DNA of 64,000 bases, from NCBI RefSeq assembly GCF_902652985.1, contig NC_047023.1, forward strand, positions 10,416,001-10,480,000. The letters are read 5' to 3'. Numbering within the stretch: position 1 is the stretch's first letter; every line of letters starts with the position of its first letter. Positions 39,113 to 52,413 of this stretch are shown here, piece by piece. The position numbers were made by a program, and so were the translations under genes. The DNA is from Pecten maximus. Its lineage: Eukaryota. The notes under the pieces were generated by a model. It worked only from the letters and a program-made list of their open reading frames with translations. It did not search any database and was not told the DNA's origin.

Positions 39113-41619
39113 CTACGCATCCTGAAAATTTGTTGTACTATCCTGGTCACTTATCAGTTCCAGGCCAGATGGCATCAGATTCATCAACATCTCCATGCCC
39201 CCTGGTTCATCATGCTTCCTTCTGTGTCGCTTAAGGTTGTCCTTGCGACTGAAACTGGCAGAACACACGTCACATGGGTACCACCTGCCTATATGCGAGT
39301 TTGCATGTCGCAAGAGACTGTCCTTTCCACTAAGCTCCTTCAGACAAACAGTACATGTACACTGATTTGGAAGTTCAAGTTCATGGACTTCTCCATGATG
39401 GAGAATGTCTACTGGGCGTTCGAAAACCATACCACAGAAGTGGCAGATGGGAGCAGTCTTATTGACAGCACCTTTTCGTCCCTTTGGAACGCCGAGGTTA
39501 CGGAGAAAATCAGCATTTCGCTCAGTGTAGGAGTCCATGCTAGTTGATTGGTCAGGACTGTCCACTCCTAGTAAGTTTGAGTCTGAGGAATTATCTCCCA
39601 TATCGTCTATCACTCCCTCTCCGACGAATCCCTCCGAGGACCCTGAAGGGTGGCCGCTATCATCTCCCACTAGACTATTAGGAACTCCTTTGAGATTTTG
39701 TCCTCTTTGGTTTTGACTTTGAGCACTATCCTCATCCATGTCTGTAAACTTGCCTAGAGACTCGATGTCAATTACATCCATTGCCTGAAGTTCTTCCTGA
39801 ATGCTTTTATGGGTAATGCCTGAGTGAGTTTGGCGACCTTGAGGGAATGTATAGTCAAGGTCAGAAGTGTAATGGTTGCTGTTGAGGAATGGTTTGATAT
39901 CCTGCTCTTCTGCCTCCTCGTAGCCCTGGTGTGTTTGAACATTGCTTGAAGATGGCGTTTCCTCAGAGTGTTCAACAAGAACATGCCTCTTGAGTTCCTG
40001 GATACTGTTAAAGTGAACATCACAGGTGGCACATTTGTAGCTGAGAGCTGGTCTTAGTGAAATTCTTTCATCACTAGGACCAGGAGCAGGTGAAAATTGG
40101 CCCTGGTTTTGGTTGGACTGTTCATGTCCTGAGTTTTCCACCCTGACACTTGTATACCCTTGCTGGTCATCATCAGTCTGTGGCTCGGTTTTTATCTCGG
40201 TGCCCATTACCCTAAAATCTTGTTCGGACATGTCATTACTAGATTCGGGTGTACCAAAATCTGACGGTGACTCATAGATGTCTGTTCCTGCAGCATCCAT
40301 TGCCCTCTGTGGCCAGTTCTTACCAAACTTCAGGACAAGCTTTTCCTTTGGATTTGGCTTGAACTTTTTCCCCTGAGGCCTTTCCATGACACCGATTCCT
40401 GACATAAGTCCACTACCAGGAATACCAGTACATTTCTTTTCTATGTGCCGCTTCAAATTATCTTTACGTGTGAAGTAAGCATCACAAGATGGGCAGGTGA
40501 ACACCCTGTTGTCCACGTGTGTGATGAAGTGACGTAGCAGGCCTCCTCTCAGTGTGAATTGTTTACTACACACTGGACATTGTTTGAACATCTCATGTAG
40601 TTTACAATGGTGGAGAATATTGCTGTAGCTACTGACCTGCTCCCCACATTCGGTACACTTCAGGACCTCTGATGTGAGGCGTGCATTAAGACGCGGGAAT
40701 GACCGGTTTCCTCCTTTCTTCCTCTTAAAAGTGCCCTGCTGATCAGGATCTGACTGGCTGTCATCAAAATCATCCAAATACATTTCTCCATCATTATCCT
40801 CCAAGTCCGAGTCCTGATCAGGTGTGAAGCTCAGTTCATCAGAGTTCTGTATAAACATTGCAGGGTTGTCTTTGCACATGTTTTGCCAGTTCTTGTCGTG
40901 TAGCTGGACATGTTGTATAAAGGCAGACATATCTCTTTTGCTGAAAAGGCCCTTACAGATAGGACAGGCCACCTCGTCCGAATCCTCAGATATCATACCA
41001 TGGTCCTCCAATGCGTGTTCTACAATGGACTCCCAAGAATTGATTACTTTACGACAGTATTTACATTTATTTGGACCAGTACTTTTTTTATTCAACAGTG
41101 TATTTTTGCCTTTGAAGGTTCCTCGCACTTCAATACCCTTGTCTGTACCTACATTTGGCTGTGGTAAATTAATGGAGTCCAGCTTTTGTTTTAACCCACT
41201 AGCTAGAACCTGCATTTCCATAGAAGAAAATGAGGAAGGTTTCTTTTGACTTTTCTTGGTTTGGTGAGTCTGAGATGGTCTCTTTTGGCTAATCTCATTC
41301 CTTACTGGGTTTGTTGGCATAAGTGATAAATCCTCGCTCGGCCATGGTATCTCTCTCTCATTGTCTTCTTCTAAATCATCATCATCCTCCTGTTGTACCC
41401 AGCCAGGGTCTGAAGTTTGGTTAAAGCTAGGTACAGAGGGTTTTTTGGGGACCACCTTAACTGGCTTACTAGGTGTGATGGGAAACTCAGGTGGATGTTT
41501 GTCAAGTTCTGGTGGGGCGATAAAACTTGGACAAGGAACTGGTACAACACTGAGGGATGCTGGTAGTGATACTGTGACCTTCTCATTATCATTGGTTTTC
41601 TCCCCTTGTTTGGCAGCAT
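39113..41619 (-). CDS. C2H2 zinc-finger protein, exon 2 (9 fingers)
   Basis: Acceptor ctctgttgtag|AT (phase 1). Fingers CKYC, CPIC, CTEC, CPVC, CPSC (C2HC), CATC, CHFC, CTVC and CDVC, separated by acidic linkers. Stop at 39113. Confidence 0.93.
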
Positions 41620-43359
41620 CTACAACAGAGGATAAACATATGTTATAAAATAAAAATGTAGACAATATACATGATAAACATCAAATAGTAATAATTTGAA
41701 AGTACTGGGGGGGGGGACATATGATCTATTAGTCTCTTCCATGTCCCATAAGTTGGAGACACAGAGGAAAATCCCTGATTCTTCAAGGGGGGGGGGGGGC
41801 ACTTCTGATCACTGTCTACGAAAAGCAAGCAGTGGAATACAGCAGTTTATTCTTATATACTTATATATATATTCTAAGACTACCTAATTTACCCTAAACA
41901 GAAGACAAAGGAGACCCCACCCCCGACCCTGCAGGAGGCCTCACAATTAGTCACCTCTTATAACATACGGTACCCTTACAACATGCAGTGATAAAAGTAG
42001 GCATATTCTCTTACTGCTCCCACAATGGTTTAATTGGTACCATAGATACCAGTATAAATGAGGACAACTTAATGACGTCATATTTCACATCCTCCCAACT
42101 ACAACAGTGACATGACCTTACAATGTACATGTCTAATCAAAAAGAGTATAAGAAGTTGATCATGAGCACAAGTTTTACTGTGGCCTTATTATTAAAAAGG
42201 ATAACTTAATGACATAATTGCACATCATCATACAACAATAGTAACATGACGTCATATATAGACATACTAAAATTGTATTGAAAAGAACAACTTAACGCCA
42301 TAACTAGCATGTTGTCATAATGCAATAATGATTTTTAAACCCAAATCAAAACTTTTCAAACATCCACGTGTATGTTACAAGTCTAAGCAATGAAATGTAA
42401 ACAAATACTGATTGGCATATACATATCAAATGCATTTTACTCTGTGCTTTTAATTTGGGCTCATTGGCCAGCTACCAAGGGAAAGTTTCACACTAGTTCT
42501 AATGTCCTTACTCAGGGCTTTTCCTCACTGGTTTCGGATAGGGGCCTATTTGTCTCTTTTTGGGAAGAAAATTGGTGAATTGGGAAAGATTTTTGCAGGA
42601 GTAAACTGCAATTTTGAGAATTTGGCTTCAAAATGAAATAATTCCAATTGGAAATGGGCCCATTAACGTCCCCCAAAAGCCCTGTTACCTATCTTTCAAT
42701 CTTTATAGAATGGAGGGTATAAAGTCACTTTATTCTCTGGCAAGATTGAATTTCCCTTTAGCATGAGCTGGTAGGATGTATGCCAATAATCGCACAGAGC
42801 GTTTAGTTGGGAGTCTCCCAAATATTTTTCATTACATTTCATTATTTGCAGCTGTGTGTCAAAGGTATAACGTCTGGTCTTAGGGTCACAGGAAACTTGG
42901 CTAAGAGAACTTAACAGGTGCTAAGTTTTAATTCTGATTCAAAGATACAAGCCACAATAAGGCAGACATTTCATTAAACAGGACCTGTTGATAAACAAGA
43001 TATAACATATACATTCTTTATAGCAAAACAAAGACATTAAAATCTTGTTTATAGCTCTTGATAGTGCTATTTCTAGAACTACGCAAAGCATGTATATCTC
43101 AAAATGTACACCACGGTGAAATATTTAAGTAGTAGCTACAGTTAAAACTTATCTAGTCTTGTTCAAGTCCGGAGTCTCGTATCCCGGAGTATTAATCGTG
43201 TTCTTCCATTCAATATAAACTAACTTGAATATGTGATCACAACAACGTTGTGTCATTTTGGTACCAAAAAAATGAGCTATAAGACGGAAATGTAACCAGT
43301 ACATGTACTCATGTGGCAAAATGGACAGATCAGAACATTGATTTTGACAAGACACGCAC

Positions 43360-43531
43360 CTGTATTAAAATCTGACTTGACAAATAAGATCGAGACGGCC
43401 CCGACACATTTGGCTAATTTGGCTCCTGCGTTAAATTTAAGAGCGTTATCTTGCAGTCGATGACGACTTATCAGTACAATTTCTCCCTTTTCTTCATCGA
43501 ATTCAGCCTCTGTTGAATTCCAGGCCACCAT
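43360..43531 (-). CDS. C2H2 zinc-finger protein, exon 1; spliced protein 892 aa
   Basis: MVAWNSTEAEFDEEKGEIVLISRHRLQDNALKFNAGAKLAKCVGAVSILFVKSDFNT. Donor CAG|GTGCGT, 172 bp, phase 1, matches exon 2 (G+AT = Asp). Lies just downstream of an ETS-rich promoter. Confidence 0.72.
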
Positions 43532-43579
43532 GACTGTTTATCACTCAATTTATTGAAGGCTTTCTTCCCCAAGCATAGC

Positions 43580-43612
43580 CGCCGAAACCGGAAACGAGCC
43601 AACCGGAAGTTG
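43580..43612 (-). promoter_or_regulatory. Probable promoter of the zinc-finger gene (tandem ETS motifs)
   Basis: ccggaaac and ccggaagt within 25 bp in a GC-rich patch 50-80 bp upstream of the ATG. Confidence 0.55.
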
Positions 43613-45685
43613 ACTTAATATATGGGGGATAGTTCGTTGTGACGATTTTGAGGCACATCAGGGGTTAATCGATAACAGTAGCAATAACGATATAAATGTA
43701 TTTAATTATTTCCCCTGACTTTACCAAATAAAAATTGCCACAAAAGAACCCATGAAACATATATTTGCATATATTTTTACAATGATAAACAATATATCCT
43801 TACATGCATTAAAAACTATATATGTATAGTAGAAGCATCAGCATGATACCATTTGTAGGTATTGTATTGTAGGTTTTGTACATGGGATCGTGCACGTTAA
43901 TTTGTAATGCATGCTATGAATCTCGGCAGCTTCATCTAAATTGAAATACCACCTTATACAAAATGACTTAGTAATCAAAGTAATATTCCATCGACTGCGT
44001 ATACAAGAAAAAAAAAGATTTTTCGCTAAAACACTGTACATATGATGCATGTAATTAAAATCCGAAACCTAGCTAACTTTGCGTTTGTGTGAAAATATTA
44101 TACTTATATCACACAATTGTTTAATACTTGGTAGCACTCCATCAATCCAAACATATACAAAAGAAAGTGAAATTCTAACAAACGCGAGAAGTTCAATATT
44201 TCAATTAAAGATTCTTTAATTGCAACGGGGACGTAGAATTTATACGTCTGATTGCTTAACCTTAACTCGTACTTGAAAACTTACGAAATTGAATTATAAT
44301 AAAAAAAATAGTAGGAAAACATCCTTTCGAATTTTTCAGATAAGCAATGAAAAATTACTTACATTACATAACTGGCAGGTCCCTGTGGTCCAGGCCTCTG
44401 CAATTCGATCTGCATATGATTACAAAGTCCCGTGATGTTTTTTCCGTTTTGCGCGTCCTCCGAATGACTGTATTAAAGACTTAAATCCGTTACTATTTAA
44501 ACAATGACAAACGACCTTAGACACAACTTATTCCAGCAAAACCACCAGCAATTACATTACCAACTTTAATTACATACTTGCCATATATAAATAATCTGTT
44601 TTAATATAGATGCCAATTACCGAGGAGAATTGAAACGCTTAACGCTAAAAAGAAACTAGCAATGGGGGCTCCAAAGGAAGACAATTTAAATATGTACTTA
44701 AACTTCCACAACGCAATATTGGAATGTTAACACAATTGAGTGCAATACTTTTTATCTACCTTGCATTAAAAAAAGAGTAATACCTACAGTCAAATTAAAG
44801 GTAAGTTCGAAGCATTGGAAAATAAATTTGATTGGATATCATGTATTCACAATATTCCAATTAATACAGTATTCTTTAGACATGTTGAAAAAAAGAAAAA
44901 GAAAAACAACACATTATGCAGGCTTGGTTTTGCCTTTCTTGTCAATTATGATTAAATGTTTTCGTAAAGACAGTTCATTCTACAAATGAAAAATAATGAG
45001 AGTTTGTGTTACTCGTAAAAAACCAAAAGTCTACCTAGACATATTTTGTGATGCATTGTCGCCCATATTGTCGGAAAAAGTCTTTATGAGGACTAAGATG
45101 CTTTGAAAAGCGAATAAGTATAAAACAGGGTGGGACATTCCTAGCTGCGATAACGTAACTCTGGACGACGGACGGACAATTTCTGACAGATGGTCGTCAG
45201 CCTGCCGGAGAGCAGTGTAGTTAGGTCGTTCTAGGGCATTCCAACCCGCTCTACCATATTGCGGCTGGGTGACGGCCATTATCTTACAAGTCGTCATTAT
45301 ACAATACAGTAAAATGATTACCACCATAACACGAAGTAATTATAAAGGTATCGATATCTTTTAAATACAAAAATACACAAATAACAGTTATGTGTCGCGG
45401 GAGATGTTTGTTTTTGTCGTACAATTTGTGTTCTGTATATGTTATAATGTGTTAGGTAAGAACTTGGGTTGGCGGACGATATAGATACTTCGCTGGGTGC
45501 AGTTTGCACTCTTCAAACTGGGCCCGTTTCGCTCCTGTTACAAATGCACAATGATATTGTAAAGATTAAAATTCCATGGATATATTGCGCTTCACATAAT
45601 TCACAATATAAGAAACTGCCGAATGAAGCTTTTCTCGTGAGTTACGCTTCGCCGATTCCTACTTTTTTTATTTGTCAATCATTTT

Positions 45686-45736
45686 CCAATCAGGAAATGA
45701 CGTCAAACAAACGAGATGACGTCACGCGCCACGTCA
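45686..45736. promoter_or_regulatory. CCAAT plus CRE/ATF motif cluster
   Basis: CCAAT at 45686, TGACGTCA at 45698-45705 and 45717-45724, CCACGTCA at 45729-45736. Confidence 0.45.
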
Positions 45737-47039
45737 TTTAACATTCACTCGCTGATCAGAGATCTTAACAACTGAAAACCAGGCATTATTTGATGAAATT
45801 TGGCGATGGCATGCGTGCTTGGTTTGTATGAATTATTCTCTGTCTATTATATATTTCATTTCCATTAATTTTAAGACATCAGTTTTTTTCCCAATTCACC
45901 ACTTTTATACAGATCGCTCTGAGGATGTTCTAACTAGATATGCTAGACATGACTAATTTACCATCAATTTTCTTAAAAAATTAAAACGTCCACTAATCGA
46001 TCGACATTTGAAGTCCAAGCAAACTCCGTTAATTTAACTGTTAACAATGCATTCTTCTGTTGTTTAAATATAAGCTGGTGACGTCGAGGATCCTCTGCCG
46101 ACCATTGAAGATATCTTGTCTCATGCAGATTACAACGGGAACAGTCAACAACAGGCTATTGACAGGGAAAAAGTGTGTATACCACTCATAAAGAGACCAT
46201 TCAGAGAGACGTGATGTTTGGCGTGATTCGTCATAGCTCGTCTGATTAATTGATTAATTAATTACACAGGGTCTACAAGACACTACCTTTACTTGGGGGA
46301 TGGGACTTGGTTGGGAGGGGGGTGATGCTGTTTTCATTTGTTATATTACAGGCCTACGATTAGGCCTAGCACGTGTGAAAAAAAGAGAACAGGACCAAAC
46401 ACATTCTTGTCGAGATTATTCATCCACGGCCCTACCTACAATACACATGCATTTTGGCATGGAACTGTTTACGCCAAAAAAGCATGCTCAGTCAGCTCAG
46501 TGACAGAGTCCGTATTTGATAAACACTTTGTACGACCCACTCCCTTTTCACATGAGAAGTTAGAAAATATTTGAACTATCTCAAAACTTTTTTTATAGGA
46601 TCTAACACGAGTTTTTATGAATGTAAAGTTTTGATTTTCGTCTTCTTATATATACTGAGATGTTAGTACAACTTCAGTACTAAAACCAAATTTTTGTTAT
46701 CATAACTAAATTTGACCTCACTTTGAAATTTATCGACGAAAAAATGTATACTGAATCTGTTAAGTTCGACATCAATATTCCAGATTACGACCCAAATTGT
46801 TTTACTTCCGGTTTAAGCCCAATCCGATATGGCGGTCCAACACTAGCTATCCAACACCCATATATATACAAAGACACTTGATATGCAACAAAACTGTGCG
46901 ATGAACTGTAAATGTCTTGTTTGTGTGGTTAAAAGGGACAATAAAACGTAAGTAAACTTTCTAGTCTTTTTCAACGATGGTAAAGCTTACCCCGTTTCTA
47001 CATTCTAATGAAAGCAACACTAAACCTTTGTCTACATTC

Positions 47040-47390
47040 CATTTCCAACGAAAGAAACTCTAACCCTGGTTTCGCATTAAAAAAAAATCTTTCCCTGGGT
47101 AGTGGGTCCCTATTCCAGTAAATGCAACACTAAAACGGGGTCTACATTCCAACGAAAGAACCACTAACCCTGGGTCTACATTCCAACGAAAGAACCACTA
47201 ACCCTGGGTCTACATTCAAACGTAAGAAACACTAACCCTGGGTCTACATTCCAACGAAAGAACCACTAACCCTGGGTCTACATTCAAACGAAGGAAACAC
47301 TAACCCTGGGTTTACATTAGAATTAAAGAAACACTAACCCTGGTTTACATCAGAATAAAAGCAACACTAACCCTGGTATACATTACAACG
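47040..47390. repeat. 34-bp minisatellite
   Basis: ccactaaccctgggtctacattccaacgaaagaa (47161/47195). Confidence 0.88.
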
Positions 47391-47737
47391 AGAAACGTTT
47401 AGCCCGTAATCTATAACGGCTAGATATACACTCTCATCGTACCCACACAACCGTAGTAACCACACGAGCAAGAACGAGGTGACATTGATGATCAAATGTT
47501 TACTTATAATTATCACATTGGTGGGTTATTGTTTTAAAAGTCTTCGACTTCGGTAAAAGTAATAACCATATTAACAGAGTAGATTATCAAAAGGTTATAC
47601 AATGTCCGAAGTAAGCAGAACCCATCTAGTTAACGCAATAATGACCACATTGATACAAAAGTCGAAATAGATTAGATTGCTAAATGACTTGTAGGGAGCA
47701 CAGGCGCTTGCATAGAAAATGTTATTTTCATTTTTTT

Positions 47738-47791
47738 TGACAGTGGTATGTGTAATCTGTTAAGCTTAACAGATTACACATACCACTGTCA
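47738..47791. repeat. Perfect 54-bp palindrome
   Basis: tgacagtggtatgtgtaatctgttaag|cttaacagattacacataccactgtca; 27-bp arms, no spacer. Confidence 0.95.
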
Positions 47792-49080
47792 TATCAAAAA
47801 AAAATTGAAAGTCATATTTTCTATGCAAGCGCCTGTGGTAGGGAGTAGTAAGGCGACACAAAAGCCAAACAAAACAACCACATATCATCCAGTTTGACCA
47901 TTTCTTCCATGCAGGACTTGTCAATGATAATATTTGCAAAGTTAAGGATATGCAATTCCAAGCATTCGAAAACGCAATGATAAGTTAAAGGTGAAAGAGA
48001 GTAAAAAGGGAAAGACGTGTACAAACCATCTGCCCTGATGTATAATATATATAATTATTTTTGCAGAAAATGTTCTTACAGATATCTATGACAATTTCTT
48101 TGTCCTATGCAGATGTGTAAAAACGAAGCTACAGGACCGCGTCCTCTGACATGTTTCCTGTATAACGGACTGACGACCAATCAGTTACGCACGTTTCTAC
48201 TAGACCGACGGGCGTCCGCGGCATGTATTCTCCACCATCTTACACGACTGGAGGAAGTGACGTCACGATACACGGAGAAGTTGGCTGAAGCGCGGCCGAA
48301 AGTCATTGTCAACACTTCAGGAAATCTTCACGTCTATAATGATAAACCGCCTCATTCACGTGTGTTTGACTACGCTATTCTCACACCGCAAAAAAGGAAT
48401 AACCATACAAGCAATTATTGACTTGGCCATTCCTTTTCAACCTGGACAATACGATAGACCAGAAAATTATATTTCTATTGACGGAAAAAGTGCTCAACAA
48501 TCGCTGTACGTGTTATAATGTGTCAATATTTACAACTAACAGTTATCACGTACTAACGACAACACAGGGAATTGTCGCAAATAAAGGAAAGATGGCATTG
48601 TCCCTTAGGAAAGAACTACAGACGATCTTATTCCCAATAATTGTACACAAACGGTACTAATAACTTATCATGGATTATCATCGTGTCAGTTCAAGGAGTA
48701 CATTTCTTCAACTGTAAAGATTTTCTATAAATTAAGGAAATAATTATAAAATTTGTGTGATGTAAGCAAAAGAAAGTAAATAAACTGCATATGAATCTGA
48801 TAAAAGTATACACATGTCTCTTATGGAACGGTTGATGATGAATATGACCGTGTATATGATAAATGGAAAAAAAACAAACAAACAAAAAACAGGGAAATTG
48901 ACGTATCTGTCAATCTTGTGATATGACAAATGATAATTACAGTCTCGACAAAACATAGATAATGAAAAATATGGTCAAAGATGAGGATATGAAACGTCAC
49001 TGTGTTGATCAGAAACCTAGCTTACTGATAAACATACCCAACACAAAGCCCTTGTCCCATACAAAACCACAAACATAGAT

Positions 49081-49126
49081 ATTCATTCATTCATTCATTC
49101 ATTCATTCATTCATTCATTCATTCAT
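49081..49126. repeat. (TTCA)n microsatellite, possibly the tail of a very short minus-strand LINE remnant
   Basis: About 11 TTCA units followed by ttttatt (AATAAA on the minus strand). Confidence 0.8.
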
Positions 49127-50319
49127 TTTATTGACTTTAATCTTTACAGCTCATCAGTACATGTAACATATATACAATAAAATAAATTGACGGTCACGGC
49201 AATGCAGCAATATAGATATGCTCACCAAAATGAAATTGTTCTAAGCTAACAAAATGTAATAATTTACCTTTAAAAAATACCATGTTATGAATGTCTAAAA
49301 AGTTCCATGAACGAGATCAAAGGTTAGAAGCATAATGGACTGTCCATTAGTTATTATTGTAAGCATTTGTTGATGGAATCTAACTACACTATCACTAAAT
49401 CACTCGACTATAGAATTCTTAAACCTCGAGTGTATTGGCCACTGGGCAACAGACAGTCTCGCACAAATGAAAGCGCCATGTGTCTGGGGGAAAAGGCCGT
49501 ATGTAAGCTCTCACAATGTTGATAAGTCTGTAGAAAACGTATGTTGAGTTGTACATCAACTTTCCAGATTACAGCAAAACTGACCTTGATTTGTGCCCAA
49601 CTTGGAGTGAAAGTGGCTTATGAAACTGGAACACGCGCACGAGGTTTATTTTAAGCTATTACGTATGCAGACGGCGTGACACAATAACCTCTTGCATACA
49701 CCATGTCTTTCCCTACATAAAAATAACATTGAAAATATAAACAAAAGCTTTTGTAGAATAATCTAATGTTTTATTGCAAATGTTTGTCAATAAATAACTA
49801 AAATATATAAAAATAAAATAATATACATAAAAACTGATTGTTTTGCATATTGGATGAATAAAATTAATATTGTGTATTTGAACAAATTAATTTGTGTTAC
49901 TCAACCCGGTATATAAATCGGGTGAGTCCTTTAGTTTGACTCCGAGATGGAAAAGTCTAACCTCACAGGGACCATAATGTCAAACATCAGTACCTAATTA
50001 GTACCCTAGTGCAATTATAAAGTGATGCGTTAATGCCTTTAAACAAGTAACAAAATTGGTCCCCCCACCCCCCTCAAAAAAAAAAGTTCGACTCCGGGAG
50101 GAGATATTATAACCATGCAGAGACCCTAATACCAAATTTAAATATATGCATTTCAACACTTACACCAAATTGTAAATACATGTATTGGCAAACCGATGCC
50201 GACCCTGGTTGACGACATTGCCTGTCTCTTTTATTCGAAGAGACGAGCTAAATAGCATACACAACTAATACAATTTAACTTTTTAATGTATGTTACAGTA
50301 GAATAGGTACAATAAATAT

Positions 50320-50900
50320 ACATAGGTTTGTGGTACAATAGATATGATAAATATATGTTTGTGTTACAATAGATATAATAAATATGTTTGTGTTACAATA
50401 GAAATATAATAAATAATTATGTTTGTGTTACAATAGATATAATAAATATGTTTGTGTTACAATAGATATAATAAATATGTTTGTGGTACAATAGATATAA
50501 TAAATATGTTTGTGTTACATAGTTATAATAAATATGTTTGTGTTACAATAGTTATAATAAATATGTTTGTGGTACAATAGTTATAATAAATATGTTTGTG
50601 TTACAATAGTTATAATAAATATGTTTGTGTTACAATAGTTATAATAAATATGTTTGTGGTACAATAGTTATAATAAATATGTTTTTGTGTTACAATAGTT
50701 ATGATAAATATGTTTTTGTGTTACAATAGATATAATAAATATGTTTGTGTTACAATAGTTATAATTAATATGTTTTTGTGTTACAATAGTTATAATAAAT
50801 ATGTTTGTGGTACATATAGATATAATCAATATATATTTGTGGTAGAATAGATATAATCAACATATGGTTGTTGTACAACAGATAATCAATATTATATTTG
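50320..50900. repeat. 29-31-bp AT-rich minisatellite
   Basis: aatatgtttgtgttacaatagttataata repeated ~18 times. Confidence 0.92.
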
Positions 50901-51667
50901 TACTACAATAGATATACTAGTAATCAACTTTTGTTTGTTCAAAATAAGAATAAAATGTTTAGAATAAAACACATGTACACATCAACACACGGATTACACA
51001 TATAGGTCATTCATAACGTTTATCGGTTTGTTAACAACCATTATATTTCCTGAAGGTGGCTTCCTAATACGGAACCTTACGTATTCCAATAGGTAAGAAC
51101 TGGTACACGAGTACTGACGTATATATATACTCCCCTGGTTTAGGCCTGGTAGATGAACCGTGAAGTGTTCCATTCTATTTGACAATTACGAGATATTACC
51201 TAGTATATGTATTGTAGGGTGCAGTTACATGTTCTGCTCAGAGGAAATGCATTATTGCGTAATAACTTGATATATATATACCGAGGGTATGCATCCCGTG
51301 CATACACATATTGTAAGTAAGACAGTTCATAAGCTGGTAGGCTGACCTCTGTAAATATAATAGCGGTTTAAATACTCGCGAGTCTCAATACATTCGCACT
51401 ATTAATAGACTGTTTGAGTAACGTCATGGACACGGTCAGCATATGTTATAAACAGCCTTATACTCTATTCGGGTATTGAGAAATCAGGCGAAAGACTTCT
51501 GTAAGACATACCTGTTTATATACGCGTTCGGATAAAGTGTTTCAACATACAGCCATGGTGTAACCCCTGTTATATTTTTGTGTGTGTTTTAGCGAATGGA
51601 CTAGAAAAGAGAAGCATCGTGTGTAAGCAAACTAAAACTGACCCGGGGAAGTAACAGAATCGCAGAC

Positions 51668-51782
51668 ATGGGGATTCAAAATCTGGATATTCAACTGAAT
51701 GGAGGCCAGTCGGTGTTCTACCCTGGTCAGATGGTACAAGGAAATGTAAATCTACAGGTGGAGAGTGACACAAAAGTCAGAG
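51668..51782 (+). CDS. Arrestin domain-containing protein (alpha-arrestin, ARRDC2/3/4-like), coding exon 1; spliced protein 435 aa
   Basis: MGIQNLDIQLNGGQSVFYPGQMVQGNVNLQVESDTKVR; arrestin-N VF.PG..V.G.V.L motif; donor AG|GTAAAT, phase 1. Confidence 0.93.
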
Positions 51783-52413
51783 GTAAATCTCAGCATACGT
51801 TTGTAGGTGTCATGGATAGGAGTACGCCCTGGAAACGGGTTGATCTATAGTTAACCCTGAAATGGCGTTAATGAGGTTTGGCTATAGTGCATATATTGAT
51901 TAATGCCTTGAAGCTTTATACCGGGAAGGGGGAAGGAGCGGTGGAAAGCTGAATTTGTATGCGTATATGAAGCAACACCTTATAGCATTATACATTTGCC
52001 GTGTTGGTGTGTTGACGATAGACGTAAACCCAGCATGGTTAGTTTAAATATACACATGTAATGTAAATATTAGTAGATGTAAGATAGTCAGGGATGAGCT
52101 CCTCTCCAACATGACAATTAAACTTATTTAATGTTAGTTACGTTGTATAGTATTTTATTGTTACGCCCATATACATGTAGCCTACCATATGACGAATTAA
52201 GATATGAAAAATTTGTTATTTTATGGATTATATATCTATTGTTGGTGGGGATACAGATTTGCCTTGAAACAAGCAAGAGGGTGCACATGAATAGGATTCG
52301 GAACAATTTTCGTTAAAGTGAATTCGGGGTTGGCTTTGTGCAAAGTCATCAATTTTATCTAGAACAATACATTTAAATTTGTTTTAATGTATATCATTTT
52401 ACACATCTACCAG

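Noticed and set aside
41620-41665. ORF-track start MSTFLFYNICL... of the 850-aa zinc-finger ORF
   Set aside because: This is the polypyrimidine tract and acceptor; the phase-compatible exon at 43360-43531 is the better start.
45031-45327. 98-aa minus-strand ORF in a GC-richer patch
   Set aside because: No recognisable motif and no convincing splice or promoter context, so it cannot be supported as a gene.
48067-48112. In-frame TGA at 48089 as possible selenocysteine if donor 46947 joins acceptor 48067
   Set aside because: No SECIS-like stem visible downstream, no UxxC/CxxU motif, and a second disruption (frameshift) would also be needed.
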